Origin: Blastocystis sp. Blastoise
Lineage: Eukaryota; Protista; Bigyra: Opalinata
Assembly (NCBI GenBank): GCA_039096225.1
Contig: JBBPEB010000017.1
Coordinates: 310,001 to 374,000 of the forward strand
DNA length: 64,000 nt
Reading direction: 5' to 3'
The notes beneath the pieces were generated by a model. It saw only the letters and a list, made by a program, of their open reading frames with translations, was not told where the DNA came from and did not search any database. The position numbers and the translations under genes are program-made. Positions 28,738-48,134 of this stretch are shown in pieces (positions within the stretch are counted from its first letter, which is position 1; each line of letters opens with the position of its first letter).

Positions 28738-29458
28738 GAATATTCATGGGAATCAGGACTTGCTTTATCATTCGTTTCTATCGTTATTCTCTATTTATTA
28801 TTGTTTTCATTGTGTTTATTCTCTTCTTCTTTTCTTTTTCATTATTCTTTTGAACTAGTAACTATTTTTATAAGTTACCTATACTATTATTTATTACTTT
28901 TCTTCTTTTTTAAAGCTATTTACTGAATATGCGTTCAGTGTCTTTTGATGTGAGTTGATTTGTTTTGTTTTATTACTAATACGCGAAAAACATTATATTT
29001 TATGCATTTAATTATAGTGTGCGATAATGTACTTATTCTTGGTAATAAAAACATCTTAGTTTTTGAGATATTTATGATAAACGGCTACAATTGTATTAAA
29101 TAATTCATTTACAGGATTTTTTATATATTTAATATAGCATAATACTTTCATTTATCCAATTTACGATCAACTTATTGATAAACTTTTCTAAAGTCATAAA
29201 ATTTTCATTTTATAGATATATTTATATATTCCCAATATTTCTCTAAACACCAAATAAATAAAATTAAGATATATAAATGCATATCAATAATGAATACAAA
29301 GAATAAAGTGTTTGGAGCTGTTTTTCATGTATTCATAAGAAATCTGTATTCTCGACCGACCATAATAAATAGAATCGCGGTTATTTCTTTTTGTGGGTTG
29401 TTGGTTTGTTATTCATAACTTTTCGCTTCAATTCAATTTTACTCGTATTTAATAAACA

Positions 29459-34314
<4,856 letters not shown>

Positions 34315-34967
34315 TTCATATATATATAAATATGTTTATATATATATATTAATTCTTTATATAATGATCATTGTTTTCTTTTGTTTGTATTTCATTTCAT
34401 TTTATTGTTTTGTTTTTCTTTGTTTATATAAATATATGATGTTTAATTTGTTGTTTCGTTAAAAATTTTATTTTGTATATTTACAGTTTGCTATTTGTGA
34501 ATAGAAAAGACATTGATTAACGATAATCATAGTTTTTAAATAAAAGTATTCATATTCTAAATTTAAATATCATTTTATTGACATATCTCTTTTGATTCTT
34601 ATTATGTTATGTCCATATGAAAAGAGAGACAATGTAGTTTTTAGAAAACTAAACTGTATATATATCAAAGAATATAACATGCCAAGAGAAAAAGAAATTA
34701 GAAAAGATGACATAAATAATTAACATTATAACTAAATAAAAAGACAGTTTACTATGGAATACAATATGAGTAATAGTATATACAAGATAACTAATATGAA
34801 TATATTGTGATATATAACCAATATATATATATGAATAAGAAAAATCTCAAAAAAAAAAGAAAAACAGGAAAGTGTTTATATATATATATAAATGAATAAT
34901 CAGTTAATAGGATAATAGAATAATAAGATAATAGAATATTTATATATATATATGAATGTATATAATA

Positions 34968-35242
34968 TTAAGCTACCAGTAGTTTTTTGAAAAAAGCAGT
35001 AATAGCGATAGCGAGAGCCTGGCAGGAGGATAAAGGCGTAGCATAATCAAGGGAATATCGACGTGAGGAAATCTTTCCAAGAAGAAGTAATACTTGAGGA
35101 TCTTGTTCCTCATTATCTTCTTGTGCTATTAACTGAAAGTTTTTTTTGGATGCCGCACGTGATCTTTGGTTGAATTTCAATCTGTAAATATATATATAAA
35201 TAGTTGATACTAGCATAAATATACTAATAAAATAAATAATAG

Positions 35243-35311
<69 letters not shown>

Positions 35312-35628
35312 GTCCAGCTCTTGATTTCTTTGTTCCATGACGCTTTCTTCGTCACAAGAGTAATTGGACCAATAGGAATGTCCGGTTCACGGTAGTTACT
35401 AGCAGTTATAATTGTTTTTGCATTATTATTATCCTTATTATTTTTATTATTATTATTATTATCATTGTTATTATTTTTTGTAGTAGAAGATAACTATATA
35501 GAATAATACAAAAAAAAATATAATAATTAGAAAATATATTTCAAAATGATTAAATACATATATATATTTAAATCTTTATTTTTAAAATAAAAATCACCAG
35601 TAATTGAACTTTCTTCTAGATCTCTATC

Positions 35629-35661
<33 letters not shown>

Positions 35662-35673
35662 GTATAATATATA

Positions 35674-35753
<80 letters not shown>

Positions 35754-37742
35754 TATATTAAGAAAGACTCTCATACTATTAGGGACACGTCCTCCAAGAT
35801 TTGATTTATAATATATTTTACATCTTTCTCTTTGAATTAACTATATATATAAATATATGTTATGAATATATATATTATATATATTCAAATATTATTATAC
35901 ATATTTCCATAACTAATCGATATATATATATATTAAAAACCAATTTATATATATATACATCTGGGAAAACACATTCAGGAATATCTTTGCCGTTAATTCC
36001 GTTATCGTACAGATGGAACTCTGTTCCTGTGATATTTGTTTTCATATAAGCAATGAGATTATCATATATATTTAATGTATTATAATCAGTAATAGTCCGG
36101 TTATTCACAAATATTACTAAATTCTGACGAGGTATATATATACCTGTTAATATATAACGATTGTTATCCTCTCGATATAAATTAAATTTTTGTATATCTT
36201 GAAACTCACCTAAACCTATATATATATATATAATTGAAATATTTTAATTAATAATGAGAATAATAAAAATAAATAGATTTATAATATAATAAACAAAACT
36301 AATAAGTATTCTAATAAATATAAATAACATAATAATAAGTATCTATCTATCTATATATATATATATACCTTTGATTCTCTCTATATAGCATCTTGTTGTA
36401 TGTAAGAATCCAGGGGGAGTTTCTCCGTTACACTGTTGAATGTCAAATAAACACGGGGATGGACCTGATGACAAATATCCAGGAGTGAAATAATAAGATT
36501 GAAGAGCTAATCTATCTAATAGTAATGCTATATATATATTATAATTATAAATATATATATTCATATATATTATATAATAAAAACAATATAATGTATAAAT
36601 AATATGAATAATAAATATATATATAACAGGATATAAACGGAGAATATTTAGAATATAGAATAATATATAATAAAATAATATACATATAATAATAACTGTA
36701 AACAATATATAAATATATACCATCAAATACATCAGCATGTGCAATATAACCGCGGTAATAGAAGAGTCGTTTTGAAGGAATATAAAGAATTTTGGGTGAC
36801 GTATCGCTATTTTCTATTTGTTCGTTTGTGTATGCCATTTCAACACCATGTCTATATATATATATATTATATATATTATATAATATATATTATATTATAT
36901 TATATATGCTTATATAGAATATAATGAACATATAATAATATATAAACATAAAAATAAATAATACAAGAATATATTTAAAAATAGTATTACTACTAAATAA
37001 TATACAATTATAAATATTAAAACCATAATATATATATATATAATTACGAGAGTATCCATTTAAAACAGTGTCTAAGAACATCTTTTGAAGAATAAGTAGA
37101 TGCATAATAAATAGAGGGAAGAATAGTATTTATGGTGATATTTTGAATTAATCTTTGTTCACAAGTAGATAATAATTTTGTTAAACATAACATATTTGAT
37201 ACAACACATAATTCTACTTCTAAACCTTCTCCATGATTGAGATTATATATATCAGCATCAGAAGATGATGATTTTGAAGATTTCATTTCAGATAAATGCA
37301 TAAACTTGATAACAATTGCAAAGGCTTCAACCAAACTAATGAATAAAAAGTATAAACAGAGAATATATATATGAATATAGAATTAATCATCTTAACTATA
37401 TATATGTACCGAATAGAGTCCAAATTGACATGAACTATAGAAGATGTTGTCCATTCATTCTTGAATTTATTGCTATAAATAGGATTTCATAAAGATATAC
37501 TATATAATCAATCTTAAATAATAAGAATACTCGAAATATTCACTAGTACATAACACAGATTTACTTGCATATAATATATATTCTTGATTCAACACTTGTA
37601 ACTGTATTTTGTGACTACTTTTCTTTGTCGAATTATTTTTACTTTTACTAGCAGAACTTATATATTTGATATGCATTTCTATTGGATCTTCGTATTGATC
37701 CTTTGTTGTTGTATCATTTATTAACCATAAAGGAATGCTCAT
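34968..37742 (-). CDS. BTB-BACK + Tubby-domain protein
   Basis: N-terminal ASKSVLCTSEYFDNKFKNEW...EAFAIVIKFMH...CEQRLIQNI (BTB/BACK); C-terminal TNITGTEFHLYDNG, KASWNKEIKSWTLKFNQRSRAASKKNFQL, GK...SLDYATPLSSCQALAIAITAF (Tubby). Confidence 0.85.
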
Positions 37743-39216
37743 AATGAAGACCGAAAAAGAAAATAAACTCCAAAAAAAACAAAGAAGCTGAATATTTTCT
37801 GAATCCTAAGAATCCAGCTAATTCTTAAGAGAATTCACTAAATAAAATAAAAATTTCAAATTATTAGTTTTGAATCCTTATCACCTATTTTTTTTTATTA
37901 AAAAATCATATTTATGTGTTAAACATTTATCTGAGTACTAGAAATATGTTAAAAGGAATTGGTATGGGTCTCAAATTATTTTGGTTCATATTTATTTCTA
38001 TTTTATGTCATATTTATCATTTGTAATAGATACAGAAGTATAAAATGGAAGAATACTGAAGATCGTTATCATAAAACAAACAAAATTGATGAAGAAATGT
38101 AGTGTTCCGTTAGAACTTCAATTGTCTGAATAATCAAAATAATGTAATCAAAACATAATACTTAATAGACATTTTGTTTTAAAATTCTAGCAGATTGTTA
38201 TTCTTTTCTTTTGAATAACTAAATAGAGACCTATGCAGACTTGATCATGATCCATTCAATCATAATAATGATAAATTATGTATTTACATACATTATTACA
38301 AAAATCTCTATTCAGTAAGTATTCAGACTCAGTCACTGGTAGAATTTCTTTCATACTTAGTTAATATTTTGCTTATTATGAGAATACACTTTACAAGTGA
38401 GAATAATTTTTATAATTCCAATTATTGTTTTAGATATGTCTTATCGGATTCAGTTTTATAAAACTCTGGAAGAGCTAATCTTATTCTTCAGTCTCATATA
38501 TGTTTTATCTGGTTAACATTCTATGTTATTGGCAATTATAGATCATTATTTGTTCTTTCTGAAACTGTTTTAATGTGTTTCACTCTATTTCCTTCATTTT
38601 CGTTTGCATCTAAAGAAGTTTCGTTTGTTTCCAATTCGATACTTCCTAATTCTAGGTTTCTAATAATAATGAAATTATTTATACATAACAGTTGTTTAAA
38701 TCTCTCATTTTAACAAGTTTGAAGTGATGAAGACCTTGTCATACAATTTGCCAAGCAACTTCAACTTTTAATTTTTTGTTGTTTTCTATTTGCCAATATA
38801 TGAATATTCAAACATATAAATCCCCATTAGAAATATATAAAAAATCAATAAAAAGTTTAGAAAAGTCATATTTCTGGGATATGACACATCTTATGTCATT
38901 CACGTACTTTTTCTTTTGGAAATTAATCTCCTCTTTAATCCCTATTCATACCGCTTTTTGAAAACTGAATTGGAATTCATTAAATTCTATCGACAAAAGG
39001 AGATTATCCAATAAATTATAGTTTCTCATCATTCTAGCCAATGAAACAACTCTTTATAACAAAAAAATAAAACTCCATACAGTATTTGGCTGTTTAAAAA
39101 AAACTCTACAGTTTTTGTTGCTATTAAAAAAATATCAGTATAAGAAAAAAAATTCTAGTAATACACATGAAAAAGTTTTTGAAACTTTTAATATTTATTC
39201 ACTAATTTAATTCTGA

Positions 39217-42200
39217 ATGAAACTTAGTTTAATCCTTTTATTCATCCTTTTGGGTAATTTTATCTTCTTTATATTGTCATGTATATATTTTAATTAGGTG
39301 CTGCAATTGATTGTGCCACTCCAAATGTTATTGTTAAATTTGATCGAAAATACGGAGGTACTGCTCGAGAAGAACGTCTGAAGATCTATGAAGGACCTTA
39401 TTCGGAAGGTAATCTTGTTGCTGTAATCGATGGAAACAATATGGCAAACATGCTCAAGAGTTACGAATATTGTTTAAAGCCCATGATGCATAGTCTTATT
39501 GGTACTGATGGGTATATTTATGAATCTCTTTATATATAGTTAACATTTTAAATAATGTATTATTTCTATAGTGGTAACTCAGGTTGGTCTTCTGGTTCTA
39601 CACTTACTGTATCTATTGGAGGCGTCACTATCTTATATGATACACTTGAAAGAGGAAGTTTCACCGAATGGACAATTTATCGTATATATATTGTATTATA
39701 TATGATTATTTTTATTTTTTATTATATATGATTATTTTTATATTTTATTTTATAATTAATTCTTATTTAATTATATATTTAAACTTTATATTTTATTATA
39801 TATTTAAATTTTATATTTTATTATATATTTAAATCAAATTAATATTATATTAATAAAACTTTATATCTATAGCTTCTTATGCTCTTCCTAAAGCTTCTCA
39901 ATGGAAATATTCAACTGCTGTTCAATCTGATTCTACTTGGACTCAATCTACTTATGATGTTACTTCTTGGTCTACTTATTCTAGTGGTTCTTTTCCTACT
40001 ACTATAGCTTCTACTACTCGTTATTATCGTACTACTATTACTCTTCCTGATCTTACTAATTTTGCTGCCTTTGAATTAGGTATTAATGCTAAAGAAGGAA
40101 TGATTGTATATATAAATGGTCAAGAATTATTCAGAAGAAATATGGCTGATGGTGCTGTTTTGGGAACTACTCTTGCTACTAATGAAGATACTGCTTATGC
40201 TTATAGAAGAATTACTCATTCTATAAAGAAATATTTAAGTGCAACAAATCAAGCTGCTATTGCTGTTGAAATTCATCCTTCTACTACTACTGTTGCTGGT
40301 GATGATTCTTTTGATGGTTTCTTTATTCCTATTTATGGTACTTGTTCTAAACGTACTCATGAAGGTATAGCTTCTGGTCTTCCTGTAAAAACAGGTAATG
40401 AATCTGCTGATAAAGCTTTTGATAATAATAGAGATACCAAATGGTTTACAAATCCTTTACCTGTTTCTCTTACTTATCAATTTAATGATGATAGACGTGA
40501 ATGGATTAGTAAATATGAAATTACTTCTGGTAATGATTCTCCAGGCAGAGATCCTAAAGATTTTACTTTATCTGGTTCTAATGATAATGGTGTTACTTGG
40601 GATTTATTAGATATTAATGCTGCTGTTACATTCTCTGCTAGAAAGGAATCGAAAATGTTCCTAATTCCATCGAATGCTAAAGCTTATAATATGTATAAAA
40701 TTGATGTTACTACAAACAAAGATCCTTCTGCTGAAGGTTGCCAATTTTCTGAAGTTGAATTTTATGCTTGTAATACGGATATTATTACTGATTTTGTCTA
40801 TGAGCAAGCTTCTTATACTTGGTATAAAGACTTAGATAGTGTTTATTTATCTCCTCATTCTTCTGGTTTAAACACTTTTACTCTTACTTCTCCTACTACT
40901 CTTCCTGAAGGTCTTACTTTCAATCCTACTACTGGTGAAATCTATGGTACTCCTACTGTTGCTTATACTGGTTCTTTTGTAATTACTGCTGTTGATGTTA
41001 TTACTAGTCAAACTGTCACTTGTACACTCTCTATTACTATAATTGAATGCGATGGACTTAATAATATACATATACAAGTAATCAAAGCATCAGATGGCAA
41101 AACTCCATGGTCTGAAATAGTAACTATTTATGATTCTAATAATAATATTAAATTCACAGCTACTGGATTAGAAGGAGGTGACAGAACATTTGATATATGT
41201 TTACCTGCTGCTCTATATACTTTAGAAATGAAAGATATTGATTCTGATGCTTGGCATTCTTCTTCTTCTTTAACTATTAAATTAATAGAAGCCTATGATT
41301 CCTATACTATATTTAAAGATACTCTTGTGGAGAATGCTATTTCAACATCAAAATTAAATCTTCAATATTTAATTGAACGTCATAATCCTAATGTTCTTTG
41401 TTATACTATTGATACAGCTCTACCTACTAACTGGTATACTACTAGCTATACTCCTGATACTAATTGGACACCTTGTCTTGCTCTTGAAACTAGACCTACT
41501 TCTTCTGTTCGTACTCAATTCTTTAGATATACATTCACCGTGACTTCTAAAACTGATATGCATATGGCTGAACTTCGTCTTAAAGCTGCTGAACCTGTTG
41601 TTGTTTATATTAATAATAATGAAGTATATAGACATGGTCTTCCTACTGGTGATATTACTACAACTACTATTCCTACAACTACTTCTACAAATGTCAATAC
41701 ACGTCGTACTACTATTGATATAAGTAGAATTAATATAGGTACTAATACTATTAGTATTGCTCAAGTATATCCTGATGGAGTTACTTTACCTGTAGAAGTT
41801 TCTTTTGATTTCTCTTTAAGATTAGAATCTTCTTCTTCTACTCAAAGTCAAACATGGGAAATGACGGCTACTGGCCCTTCTAGAAGTGGTGAAGAACCTA
41901 CTCTTCTTATTGATAATAAGTATTCAACTAGATGGATTTATGATGCTCCATCTGCTACTTTTGATCCATTCACTATTACTATTTCTTATTCTAATGCTGC
42001 TCAATATTCTTATATTAATAAATATTGTTTTATTAGTAATTTTGATGTTTCTCAAGCTGACCCTTCTGATTGGACTATTCAAGGTTGTAATAATGATGTT
42101 TGTACTCTTTTAGGTTCTGAATCAAATGTTATGTGGAGAGCTAGAACTCAACGACAATGTTTCTATATGAATGCTCATACTGAATCGTATCATTCGTATA

Positions 42201-45200
42201 AAATTATTATCTCCAAGAATGTTGGTTATGGTAATAAAAAAACCGTATCTCTTGCTGAAATACAATTATTAGCTGTTGATTTCAGTACTATTATCGCATC
42301 CCCACTAATTTATACTCCAAATACTATTGCTGGCTATTTATATATGGATATCTCTCCTATTTCTCCTGTTGCTAATTATCATAATTTTAGTTTTACTGAT
42401 GATTTTCCTCCTAATGGAATCTATATAGATAGTAATAGTGGCTATATTTATGGTAGACCGACTAAGAAAATGAATAGTGCATATATTATAAAGGCATATA
42501 ATCCACAAGGAATCGCTTATACAACAAGTGTTATTGCTAATTTTTCTATTTGTTCTTATCCTAGTACGATTTTCAAGATAGAAGTATCGAATCCTGGTTA
42601 TAATTATGGTGAACAAATGGGATTTGAATTAAGAGATGGTACTACAAATGTATTAGTTGATTCTAGAAGTTATTTCCCTAATTATTCTACTACTTATTAT
42701 AGTTATTGAAAACCTGAAGGTAGTTATAAACTTCTATTATTAGATGAAGCTAATGATGGTTGGGGTGGTGCTACTATTGCTGTTCTTTATAATGATAATA
42801 CTCAAATAATTAGTTCAGGTCTCACTACAAATCAAGCACCTAAGACTGTTGCTTTTGATATTAATATTCTATCTTCTGCTGGTTCTATTGTTTGGGATTA
42901 TTTCAATGAAGAATATAATTACTTTTACCCATCATATGCTTGGAATCTTGATTTTTCTGGCGGATATTGGGATAAAGGAACTATTGATACATTTGATATT
43001 CCTTTAAATATTACTCAATATTATAGAATAATATTTGCTGTTTCAGATATTGAAAATTATAGTAGTTTTAGTTTGACTATTAATTTAAAGGCTGGTGCTG
43101 TTGTATATATAAATGGAAAGGAATTAAAACGATATAATATGCCTGATGGTATTATAACAGCGGTTACTAACGCTACTGTTAATTATGATACTGTAGTGAC
43201 TATTTCTGAAATATTTCCTCTTCAATTCTTTGAGGGTTTTGTAAATGGTCAGAATATATTAGCTATTGAAACTCATAAAGGATCTGTTTATAATATTGAA
43301 TCTTATTTTAGGGTTTCTGCATCTTTCCTTTCTGATAATGTTAATATGGTTATAAATGGTATAAGTCATGGTTCTAATGAAAATGGAAATGATTCAGAAA
43401 CAATAGCTAATGTATTTGATGGTTCAGTTGATACTAAATGGGTATCTCCTGGACAATGTGTAGGTGCTTGGGCATCTTGGACTTATAATAATAATCAACA
43501 ATTTTATATTGATTCTTATAGTGTAACTAGTGCTAATGATAATAATCAAAAACATCCTTCTGGTTGGATTTTAGAAGGTTCAAATGATAATGGTTCTTCT
43601 TGGACACTTCTTCATACTGCTGAAAATCAAATATATACTGCTTATAAACAAACTAAATCATTCGATTTCATTCCTACTCAAGCTTATAATAGTTATAGAT
43701 TTACTTCTACTGAATGTGCGAATTCTGCTATGTCTAGACGTCTTTCTACATATTCAAACGGTGATATGCAATTATCAAAAATTTCTTTTAGTCTCAAAAG
43801 ATTAGATGGTATGTGCTCTGCTTCTAATGGTTATCTAGCTACTGCTAATGGTGAATATGCTTATAAATCTTGTAATGATGGTACTGATAATTTAAAGAAA
43901 ACACTTTGTACAGATGGTATCTTTGGTGCAGAAGATACTTCTTTATGTGCAGCAGTACCTACTTTTACTTATCCTGAGTCTTCTTATACATTTTATGTCG
44001 ATACTCCGATTACTCCTATTACAGCTAATATTACAGGCATAACTGACTATACTTGTACTTCTTCTGATGAATTCCCTCTTGGGTTAGTACTTGGTTTTTA
44101 TACTTGTGAAATTTTTTCTGGATCTTATTATTCTAGTCAACTTTCTAAGTATACAATAACTGCTACTTCAGGATCTGTGTCTGTATCCACTGTTATATTC
44201 ATAGAAGTAAAAGATTATGCATATGATGAGGTTTCTGTAAAATATATTCCTTACAGTGGATATGCTAATGTTAACACTACTATTACTGCTATTCCAACTA
44301 TCACCAGAGGTACTGCTCATAATTGGAGTATTAGAGATGCTCTTCCTGATGGATTTTTGTTTAATTATACCACTGGAGTTATCACTGGATATTCTACTGT
44401 TCCTGTCAAAGAACACAGTTATGTTATAAATGCTTATTCTGTAGGTTCTAATCGCTATATCTATGCATGGATTAGTATTTGCGTTACAGGTCCTACTCTT
44501 ATTCAGTGTCCTTTAGATGATATTTGGCCTATTACAAATCCTGGCTCCATTGCTTATTCACCATGTAATGATATTCAAAAAGAAGGTCAATTCACAAGAA
44601 TATGTAATATTAATGGTATTTGGGAAGATATTATAGATAATTGTATTTATATTATTCCTATTATTACTATTGATCCTTCATATTATATTGTTTATATGAA
44701 CGAACAAATTGTTATTACTCCTATTACTCAACAATATGTTTCTTATTGGACTATTAATCCTCCTCTTCCTAATGGAATAATGATTAATAGTTCTACTGGT
44801 ATTATTTCTGGTATTCCTTCATCTATACAATTAGCTACAACTTATATTATTACTGCAAATAATCCTACTGGAAATGGTTATGCTAATGTGACTATTACGA
44901 TTAATGCTCATGATTGTCCTTTAGATGATATTTGGCCTATTACAAATCCTGGTATTACAGTTACTTCTCCATGTAATGATATTCAAAAAGAAGGACAAAT
45001 GACACGTGTTTGTAATATTAATGGTATTTGGGAAGATATTATTGATAATTGTAATTATATTATTCCTATTGTTACTATTAATCCTTTTTCATTCACTGTA
45101 TATACAACTGAATCTCTTATTATTACTCCTATTACTCAACAATATGTATCTTATTGGACTATTAATCCTCCTCTTCCTAATGGATTAACTATTAACAATT

Positions 45201-46846
45201 CTACTGGTATTATTTCTGGTATTCCTACTATTGTACAATTTACTACAGCTTATATTGTAGAAGCACATAATCCTACTGGAAATGGTCAAGCTATTCTATA
45301 TATTTCTATTTATTCTCATACATGTGAATCTGATGATATTTGGCCTATTACAAATGCTGGTTCTATTGCTTATTCACCATGTAATGATATTCAAAAAGAA
45401 GGACAAATGACTCGTTTATGTAATTCTACTGGTCTTTGGGAAGATATTATAGATAATTGTATTTATATTATTCCTATTGTTACTATTGATCCTTATATTA
45501 TATTTACATATATAAATGAATCTCTTATTATTACTCCTATTACTCAACAATATGTATCTTCTTGGACTATTAATCCTCCTCTTTCTAATAGATTAACTAT
45601 AGATAATTCTACTGGTATTATTTCTGGTATTCCTTCATCTATACAATTAGCTACAACTTATATTATTACTGCACATAATCCTACTGGAAATGGTCAACAT
45701 GATTTATTGATTATTGTTCAATCTCATACATGTGAATCTGATGATATTTGGCCTATTACAAATTCTGATACTACTGTTAATTTCCCATGTAATGATATTC
45801 AAAAAGAAGGTCAAATAACTCGTTTATGTAATTCTACTGGTCTTTGGGAAAATATTATTGATAGATGTACATACATAACTCCAATTATTACTTTAGATTC
45901 TCTCACCGTTACTTTATATAAAGATGAAAATGTTGAAATTGTTCCTACAGCCACAAATAAAGTATCTTATTGGGGTATTAATCCTAATCTTCCTGAAGGA
46001 TTAATATTTAATAATTCTACTGGTATTATATCTGGTATTGCTTCTAATATACAAGCGTCTATACAATATGTGTTATCAGCTGGAAATGGTGACACAACTG
46101 GTTTTGTTACTATTTCTATTGCTATTCTTCTTCATCCTTGTGAAGCTGATGGTGTTTGGCCTGTTACTGATATAGGTACTACTGTTTATAGTTTATGTGA
46201 AAACAGTGATGTATCTATTCGTTCTAGAACCTGCTCTAGCGTAAATAACGCTGGACAATGGGAAGATGCAGATACAAGTGCTTGCTATACTATTTCAAAT
46301 GAAGATATACCAGCTCAAGATCGTGCTTTTATTCGTGTACCTATTCATTTTGCTGGAGTATCTTCTTCTTTCTTCGAAGGTGCCCATATTTATATTCTTC
46401 AAAGTGAACTTAATAGTTTTACTTCTGCTATGAATACGACAAATACAAAGATATATATTGAGAGTATTGAGACTATATCCTCTGCTTTTTATGCTGATAT
46501 AACAATTGTGACCACGCGTATCGAATGTGCTGAAACTGAGAGTACTACTATAAATGAAGTGTTTGTTGAATATGTTAATAAACCATTATTAGATGCTCTT
46601 AAAACTAATTCAGCTGATTATAATCAAATTACCTCTGTTCTTGTTAAACCTGAAGATATTACAGTTACTAATTATACATTCTGGAGTCCAATTATTATTC
46701 TCGTTACTGTTGTTATTATTGTGGTTATTGTTGCTATTATTATTCTTATGTTTGTTTTAATTGTCAATAAGAATGGCTCAGCAGGTAAGAAGAGGCCTAA
46801 GATCGTGAAGCATACCACAAGACATGCAGAAACTCCTAATGTATAA
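39217..46846 (+). CDS. Giant type I membrane protein (signal peptide, F5/8-like, Ig-like, HRM repeats, TM, basic tail), interrupted by one in-frame TGA at 42707
   Basis: MKLSLILLFILLG signal and three short 5' introns. ORFs 40100-42709 and 43073-46846 share a frame, with an open 121-codon link. TM IIILVTVVIIVVIVAIIILMFVLIV followed by KKRPK. Confidence 0.8.
44507..46290 (+). repeat. Coding tandem repeat, 408-nt (136-aa) HRM+Ig-like unit x4 plus a fifth HRM
   Basis: Unit starts at 44507, 44915, 45323, 45731 and 46139, exactly 408 nt apart. Confidence 0.92.
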
Positions 46847-47136
46847 GTATATATAGTTAAAAAAAAGAAAAATATAATTTATTATGTTCTTTTTTAATAT
46901 CATTTTGTTTTTAAATTTCTTTTTCTTCTTTTTTGCATATATAAACAAATTCATCTGATCTAATTATAACGATATTATTCTTAGTTCTAAGTAGTCTCTT
47001 TAGTTGTTTTAATAAGTTGATGAAAAAATACTGTCATTATAACACAACGATATATATAATATTTTTACTTACTATATAAAGAAATAACTAGAGTAGAAAA
47101 TTTAATAATGAAATATTTCACTGAGAAGTAAATATG

Positions 47137-48091
47137 TTATGGATAGTTTTCTTTTCTTTGAATATATTGACGTGAAAATGTAGGTGTTTGAGGTCGTTGT
47201 AGTTTTTGATGTCTCTATATGAAAACATAAATGTTAAAACATTATTTATATATATATATAATATACAGGATAAAAAAGAGGTACTTCAGGATGTTTTTCA
47301 TTTCTATTAGAGAGTATTCGTTTATTATATTGTAGGTTATTATTTGAAGGCTCTAGAGTTATGAGATATTAATGAGAGTAAAGAGATATGGTGAGAAATA
47401 TGCCTGCAATCGATTGATGATTAGAAAGAGATAGATATGTATAATAGCGGCATTTATTTATATGTAATATGTAGACATGAGAATAATTATAACATATTAT
47501 TAATAAATTAATTATATATTATACAAAAGATAAGAATGGTTGTATAATAATATAGACAAGAATAATAATATTATAATTTATATAAAAATAGTAATAAATA
47601 TAATATTTAAGAATAATAAGCTGGTAAAGAAAGAGTATATACCAAGATGGTCTAATGAAAACAATTTGAAATCATTATGTTTTCTATAAGGCAATAAGTA
47701 GATAATTATGTTTAGACATCATAATAATGATATTATCATGTTAAATATATACGGATATTGACTTGACATTCCTGTTGTTTGTATTTGTCGTTTATTCTCT
47801 CTTTCTTTCATTGGAAATACTCTTGTTCTTATATTTACATTATCCATTTGATGAGTACCTTCAGTATTTATTCCAATTGGTAACTCGATTGTCCCTCCAT
47901 TCGCTTGATTCTTTAATGATATATATAATCCTTCTATTGTATTCTTTTTCTGAGTAACATCTTGATAATCATTTTCTAAACTATTCATTTTATTCTGGGT
48001 TTCCTTCAATTTTTGTAGTAAAGTATTATTTTTATTCTCTAATTTCGTAATAACATTTTGCAATTAAAACGGTACTGTTAAAGCACAATTT

Positions 48092-48134
<43 letters not shown>

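Noticed and set aside
36118-36143. Possible ~27-nt GT-AG micro-intron in the Tubby gene
   Set aside because: It is in frame, stop-free and reads as plausible protein; intron status cannot be supported.
42707-42709. Genome-wide TGA reassignment
   Set aside because: Only one in-frame TGA among many thousands of codons; Trp uses TGG and Cys uses TGY throughout.
40398-45188. Overlapping and antisense short ORFs within the surface genes
   Set aside because: Shadow frames caused by strong NNT/NNA codon bias.
46847-47130. SECIS element for the TGA-containing gene
   Set aside because: No convincing AUGA/AA/GA stem-loop by eye; this needs a covariance-model search.
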